Positions 15,801-20,463 of a DNA stretch of 20,463 bases are shown here, piece by piece. The position numbers and the translations under genes were made by a program. Location of the stretch: positions 1 to 20,463 of the forward strand of contig JAZGDW010000120.1 of the NCBI GenBank assembly GCA_036478295.1, in the 5' to 3' direction. The notes below the pieces were generated by a model that did no database searches, was not told where the DNA came from, and saw only the letters and a program-made list of their open reading frames with translations. Origin of the DNA: Candidatus Krumholzibacteriia bacterium. GTDB lineage: Bacteria > Krumholzibacteriota > Krumholzibacteriia > WVZY01. Within the stretch, counting starts at the first letter, position 1, and every line of letters begins with the position of its first letter.

Positions 15801-17000
15801 CTATCCGTCGCTTCCCTCGTCACACGCGCTGATGCACACGCGGGTCACGAGAAATCCGAGCCGTGAACGGGAGTTGCCTTCGACGATGATCCGGAGGGTG
15901 TTCTCTCCGGGCGGCAAAACAGTGGGGGGAAGTTTGACAATAGATAGATATGAACCACCAGTTTCCCAATCGATCCATTTTGTGTCGTTGATTTCCACGA
16001 CGACGCGTTCGGCGGGCACCAACCTGGTGTTAACCTGGCGCACCAGTGACACGAGGAAATAGGCCCACCTTCGTTCACTGGTTGCATCCCCGGGAATCAC
16101 GATAGTTGCCTCGAACACTTCGCCGTTGGGCGAATCCGGCCCCACAACAACAGGGCCGAAGACGACTTCTGCGTCCTCGCTGGGTGGCGGCGCCAGACCA
16201 AAGTCAGCCCCTTCGAAATCGCGCACCGAGCCGTCCTGGCCGGTTGCGAGCACGACAAGCAGGGGATTCGGTGTGGTCGGCGGCCAGTTCGGCGAAATAG
16301 TGATGACCACGGGGTAGACCCCCGCCAGGAGCCCTCTGAACTGGTACTCCCCGCGCTCGTCGGTGAGCAGAAGGATCTCGGGTCCGTTCTCGAGGTGGAC
16401 GCTCACAGCACGAATGCCCGGCTCTCCCCAGTCGCGTTTTCCGTCTTTGTTAACATCGAGGAAAACGACGCCCGAGATTCGCCCCATGGACGAGGATCCG
16501 AACAAGTCGATGTGGAACCCCATGCTGAAGGACCCGAGTTCTTTCATGAAGAACTCGATCGACCTCGGCCCGGAGATTTCACCGGGAGAGAGGACATGGT
16601 CTCCGCCCAGGTAGTCGTCGAACTGGAAGTAGGGGAACCCGAACTCGTCGGGGCCGGGACCGTCCGCGTTGAGAAGACGCGCGATCTCGGGATTGATCGA
16701 ACTGATGACGAAGCGGATGGGCGCCGGGATGTCGTGGTTGGAGGCGTTGGTGAGTGTCAGGTCAAACGACAACACCTCGCTCGTGGGATCAAAGTGGAGA
16801 TTCGTCCCGTCGACGCGAATCGCTCCACCGCCACGCGCCTCGACCGTGCCGAGCGAAAACGTGCCCGAGCCCGCCGGATCGATGATCGCAACGCCTTGAT
16901 CCGGGGCATTTTGAACGATTATTGTGGGATCACTAGAGCAGGACGGCGACAACAGTAGCGCCACCGCTGCTACCACAGGGGCCAGCACGCGGTAATTCAT
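15801..17000 (-). CDS. Lipoprotein with central SdrD B-like domain, 399 aa
   Basis: AGGAGG RBS (17012-17007); lipobox SPSC; GRISGVVFLDVNKDGKRDWGEPGI..VSVHL...TDERGEYQFRGL.AGVY.V...DFGL. Confidence 0.88.
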   Translation of the reverse strand: MNYRVLAPVVAAVALLLSPSCSSDPTIIVQNAPDQGVAIIDPAGSGTFSLGTVEARGGGAIRVDGTNLHFDPTSEVLSFDLTLTNASNHDIPAPIRFVISSINPEIARLLNADGPGPDEFGFPYFQFDDYLGGDHVLSPGEISGPRSIEFFMKELGSFSMGFHIDLFGSSSMGRISGVVFLDVNKDGKRDWGEPGIRAVSVHLENGPEILLLTDERGEYQFRGLLAGVYPVVITISPNWPPTTPNPLLVVLATGQDGSVRDFEGADFGLAPPPSEDAEVVFGPVVVGPDSPNGEVFEATIVIPGDATSERRWAYFLVSLVRQVNTRLVPAERVVVEINDTKWIDWETGGSYLSIVKLPPTVLPPGENTLRIIVEGNSRSRLGFLVTRVCISACDEGSDG

Positions 17001-17047
17001 AGCGGGCCTCCTCATCGGGGCAGGTTATGTGGGGTCAACTGTTTGAT

Positions 17048-17076
17048 AGCGTACCAGTTCCGCTGGAATCCGTCAA
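17048..17076 (-). promoter_or_regulatory. Possible sigma70 promoter of the SdrD-B lipoprotein gene
   Basis: TTGACG (17076-17071), 17 nt, TACGCT (17053-17048). Confidence 0.45.
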
Positions 17077-17211
17077 GCAGGTGCGTGCCGCAAGCTTCAA
17101 CGTAGTCGTCGTCGTCGACCAGCGCAAAGTACCGATTCGATCCAAACGCTGGTTATGCACCAGGGTACGAGCTCTCTCGTCCTTGCGACCCGCTCAGTCT
17201 ACGGATTCGAC

Positions 17212-17553
17212 CTATGCTTCCTCGCTGCGGTGCAGGTTGCCGTTCAGGTGTGTTTTGAGACGCTTGAGCCGGAGATCCCAACAGGGATCGAAATAGGCGA
17301 TCCAGATCCGTACTTCCCGAAGCGGCCCCGGCGTCAGCGAATACACGCGCTCGCGTCCGGACTTGTGTTCGTTGACCAGGTGCGTCTCTCGCAGCACTCT
17401 CAGATGCGCGGAAATCGCAGGCCGGCTTATGTTGAAATGGCGGGCCAGCTGGTGAACCGGCATATCGGCGGTCGCTAGCAGTTCGAGAATTTCCCGGCGG
17501 GTGGGATCGGCAACGGCATGAAACACGTCGCGATTGTGGGTGGGCATCGTCAT
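17212..17553 (-). CDS. ArsR/SmtB family transcriptional regulator, 113 aa
   Basis: VFHAVADPTRREILELL...VHQLARHFNISRPAISAHLRVLRETHLV...GRERVYSL. GAAGGGG RBS. Confidence 0.93.
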   Translation of the reverse strand: MTMPTHNRDVFHAVADPTRREILELLATADMPVHQLARHFNISRPAISAHLRVLRETHLVNEHKSGRERVYSLTPGPLREVRIWIAYFDPCWDLRLKRLKTHLNGNLHRSEEA

Positions 17554-17602
17554 ACACCCCTTCGTATCACGTAACCCCTTGGGGAATCAATGGGGTGCGC
17601 AT

Positions 17603-17660
17603 TAAGTAATCAAATGATTACTTATATAGCCAATATAGTCGATAATTCCTTACCTGTCAA
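17603..17660 (-). promoter_or_regulatory. sigma70 promoter and 10-2-10 operator of the ArsR gene
   Basis: TTGACA (17660-17655), 17 nt, TATATT (17637-17632). Perfect inverted repeat TAAGTAATCA-aa-TGATTACTTA at 17603-17624. Confidence 0.85.
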
Positions 17661-17757
17661 GTGAAATATTGCACAACCTTGGATTTTGTTGGCATACAAC
17701 AAGAAGCGGGCGTACCCTATAGGTGGGGATGATCATCATTACCACAGGGATGCAGGC

Positions 17758-18132
17758 GTGAAAGTCGAGCAAAGGGAACATAACGGTATCGTCATCCTGG
17801 AACTGGAGGGGCCTCTCTTCAGCCGTTCCTACAAGGTACAGCACGATGAGCGCAAGGAGTTGCAGGATCTCTTTCAGTCCCTCCAGCTGGGAAGGACCAC
17901 CCGCGTCATCGTCAGCCTGACTAAAGTGAACTATGTCAATAGTTCCGGTTGGGGCAGCCTCATCGGTGCCTACAAGCGCCTGGGAAGCGCCGGCGGCGAG
18001 CTGCTGGTCGTGCACGGTGGCGGCAAGTTCGAAGAGGTGATCCACCTGCTCAAGCTCGACCAGGTCTGGAAAACCTTCGTGACGGTGGACGAGGCGCTCG
18101 CCCATTTTGCCGCGGCGGAAAGCGCAGAATGA
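17758..18132 (+). CDS. STAS domain protein (anti-sigma factor antagonist, SpoIIAA/RsbV-like), ~124 aa
   Basis: GIVILELEGPL...RVIVSLTKVNYVNSSGWGSLIGAYKRL..AGGELLV...LLKLDQVWKTF.TVDEAL. Likely GTG start at 17758. Confidence 0.88.
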   Translation: MKVEQREHNGIVILELEGPLFSRSYKVQHDERKELQDLFQSLQLGRTTRVIVSLTKVNYVNSSGWGSLIGAYKRLGSAGGELLVVHGGGKFEEVIHLLKLDQVWKTFVTVDEALAHFAAAESAE

Positions 18133-18176
18133 TCCGGCCCGACGATCGGCCGGCGAACCTGTCGCACGTGCTGCGG

Positions 18177-20050
18177 CTATCTGCCGGCCGCGTTGTCCGT
18201 TCGCAGGATTAATCCCCGACTCCCCACAGCGATGGCGGTATTTGCGTCGACGAGCGAGACGCCCAAGAAGAGCTGTTCGGTACTGCTGGGCTGGCGGGCC
18301 CAGGTCGCTCCGCCGTCCGCAGTCCGATACACCACGCCAAGCCACCCGACCACCATTCCGTTGTTGGCGTCGCTGAACGACATGTCCTGCAGAAAGGTGG
18401 CCCCGTACGGAAACTGTTGACGGGTCCACGTCGCCCCGCCGTCGGTCGTTCGCAGTACGCCGCAATTCCCCACGATCATTCCGATATTTGCGTCTGAGAA
18501 AAACACGCCGTTTGGGGAACAGCTTGGTGGCGGCAGGAGGGTCCAGGTCGTTCCCCCGTCGGTGGTCCGCAGGATTGTGTTCCAGGCTCCCACCGCGATT
18601 CCATTGTTGGCATCGATAAGGAAAACGCCATTTAGGGACCTCGACGTCCCGCTTGTTTGCACGGTCCAGGTCGTACCTCCATCGACCGTTCCGACAATGG
18701 CACCCGAACCGCCTACGGCCGTTCCCGTGTCGGTATCGATGAAATGCACACTGCGCAGGGTCGACGCCGTGCCGCTGTTTTGGCGGGTCCAGGTGGCTCC
18801 GCCGTCGGTTGTCCGCAGGATGGTGCCGGATTGTCCCACCACGGTTCCCGTGTTTGTATCGCTGAAAAACACGTCGTAGAGACGCGCCGACACGCCACTG
18901 GTTTGCGGCGTCCAGGTCGACCCGCCGTCAGTCGTGTGCAGGATGGTCCCGCTCGATCCTACAGTCGTTCCTGTATCAGCATCCGTGAAAAAGACGTTAT
19001 GCAACGATGCCGACGTGACCCGTACTAGCTGGTCGGACCAGCTGTTGCCACGGTCCGTCGTGCGAAGAATCCGGCCGAGGTCTCCGACCGTCACGCTGGA
19101 CGTGCTGTCGCTGAACGAAATACCGAAGAGGTTGTCCCCGTAACCGCCTCCAATTACCGAGTCCTGCCAGGTCGTGCCCGAGTCGTACGTCCAGGCGATG
19201 ACACCCATGTCGCCCACCGCGATTCCGTAGCCGGCATTTGCGAACGAGATCCTTCGAAAGCCATTCTGTCCGACCCCCCGGCTCGTCCAGCTCGTGCCGC
19301 CGTCCGTGGTGTGGAGAATCCTACCGTCCCCGGTGCCCCCCCAACCACAAACCCCGTGCTGGCATCGGTGAAAAAAACGCTATTTAAGGCGGCAGTGGTG
19401 CCGCTGTTCTGCGCCGTCCAGGTTTTCCCCCCGTCAGTCGTACGCAGCATGGTTCCGAAATCCCCAACCACTATCCCCCTATTCGCGTCGGTGAAGAAAA
19501 CGCCGTTCAACGTGTTGATGGTCCCGCTGCTCTGCACGGCCCAGGTCGCGCCCCCGTCTGTCGTACGCAAGATCGTCCCCAGTATCCCAACGGCAGCTCC
19601 GGTTCCCGTGTCTGCAAAGTGCGCGCTGTTCAGCTGGTTCAAGGTTCCCGTCTTGGGAGCGGTCCAGGTGACCCCACGGTCCGTGGTTTGCACGATCGTC
19701 CCGGCGTCTCCCACCATGGTCCAGGTGTTGGTGCCGGTGACAAGAACGTCTCTGAGGCCCAGCATCGTTGGGCTGTCTTGCCGCGACCAGGTCGCTCCGC
19801 CGTCCGCGGTAATCAGTATCGTCCCCACGTCGCCGACAGCGATGCCCTCATTTGTATTGATGAATGCCACGTCGTGGAGCGGGTTGCCTTGCGGCAGTGG
19901 GTTCTGCCAGTACCAATCGACAGGTATGGGATCGGCGGTCTGCATCGGAATGAACGGGTTGCCGTTGGAACTGCACGACTGCAGGAGCAATGGACACACA
20001 CCGATGACGAGCAGCAAACCGGTCCATCGCAGACTTGTGATGCGGAACAT
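18177..20050 (-). pseudogene. YCF48-like (TTDGG-repeat) beta-propeller lipoprotein split by one frameshift at a G7 tract (~624 aa if restored); pseudogene, phase variant or sequencing error
   Basis: AAGGAG RBS, ATG 20050, lipobox LQSC, repeats VG..GTILRTTDGG.TW..Q.SGT...L..V.F.D. At C7 (19336-19342, plus strand) adding one base gives ...FVVGGGTGDGRILHTTDGGTSW..., continuous with ORF 18177..19217. Confidence 0.88.
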
Positions 20051-20108
20051 CTCGATACTCCTTTGCGGCCGCACCGACAATGCCCGGTGTGCCGCCGAGG
20101 AGGCCGGC

Positions 20109-20123
20109 GCAAGATGCGGGCCA
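20109..20123 (-). promoter_or_regulatory. Putative sigma54 promoter of the YCF48-like gene
   Basis: Minus-strand TGGCCCGCATCTTGC, one mismatch to TGGCACG-N4-TTGC, 59 nt upstream of ATG 20050. Confidence 0.65.
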
Positions 20124-20159
20124 CTCACTGGCCGCCCCTGGCCACGACCGACCACCGGT

Positions 20160-20175
20160 TGGTCCCTGACTTGCT
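20160..20175 (+). promoter_or_regulatory. Possible sigma54 promoter of the pilin-like lipoprotein gene
   Basis: TGGTCCCTGACTTGCT (GG-N10-GC, TTGCT), 45 nt upstream of ATG 20220. The -24 half is a weaker match. Confidence 0.45.
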
Positions 20176-20219
20176 CATCTTATTAGCTGGCTCCTTCCGC
20201 AGGGAGGGAGGTAGGTAAG

Positions 20220-20463
20220 ATGAATAAACCCTGGTTATTACACATGCTGCTGCCGCTCCTGGTCATATGGGGATACGGTTGTGACGGGGGCCCGGCCGGC
20301 GTGCAGCCCACACCGGATGACCGGGTCATCGCGAATGCCCACGCGGTTCAAAAGGCCTTTGAGGATTTCGCCGCCGAGAACAACGGCGGCTACCCGCGCA
20401 GAGTCGGAGACAAGTCCGTGGCCGGCAACACGTTCGTTGACCTGCTGCCCGGTGGCGTGCTGC
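20220..20463 (+). CDS. Lipoprotein with pilin/pseudopilin-like helical segment (3' truncated; not in the ORF track)
   Basis: GGAGG-rich RBS. Hand translation: MNKPWLLHMLLPLLVIWGYGCDGGPAGVQPTPDDRVIANAHAVQKAFEDFAAENNGGYPRRVGDKSVAGNTFVDLLPGGVL..., open to the window end, with lipobox GYGC. Confidence 0.8.
   Translation, partial: MNKPWLLHMLLPLLVIWGYGCDGGPAGVQPTPDDRVIANAHAVQKAFEDFAAENNGGYPRRVGDKSVAGNTFVDLLPGGVL

Noticed and set aside
17075..17090. CGGCACGCACCTGC on the minus strand as a sigma54 promoter
   Set aside because: Spacing is 9 nt, and a sigma70-type TTGACG-17-TACGCT fits better.
19154..19335. C-terminal tail APGTVGFSTPRTAARAG... of ORF 19154..20155 as real protein
   Set aside because: Out-of-frame read-through after the G7 frameshift; the other frame continues the TTDGG repeats.

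Overview
GC-rich bacterial window. Two proteins with a C-terminal 'QNYPNPFNP...GVYFY..L.AG....KK..LLR' FlgD-Ig/T9SS-like domain and several lipoproteins suggest an FCB-group organism such as Krumholzibacteriota, Latescibacterota or Eisenbacteria (inference). In order, the window holds: a truncated secreted protein; an HTH regulator plus CPBP protease operon; mazEF; a helically phased heptamer array before an uncharacterised winged-helix protein; an SRPBCC-like protein; an NHL-repeat lipoprotein; an SBBP-like propeller with FlgD-type tail; a polytopic membrane-TPR protein; a membrane protein plus winged-helix regulator with a tandem palindromic operator; a 1326-aa kinase/P-loop NTPase/TPR protein convergent with a small ZU5-like lipoprotein ending in HFS-KFGEIGG; an SdrD-B-like lipoprotein; an ArsR regulator; a STAS protein; a YCF48-like lipoprotein split by a frameshift at a G7 tract; and a truncated lipoprotein with a pilin-like domain. 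The main leads are the kinase-NTPase/ZU5 pair (both with sigma54-type promoters and sharing a 13-bp element), four sigma54-type promoters, the phased array, and the G7 frameshift. No rRNA, tRNA, CRISPR array, transposase or integrase was recognised. All family calls come from motif recognition by eye, not database searches.
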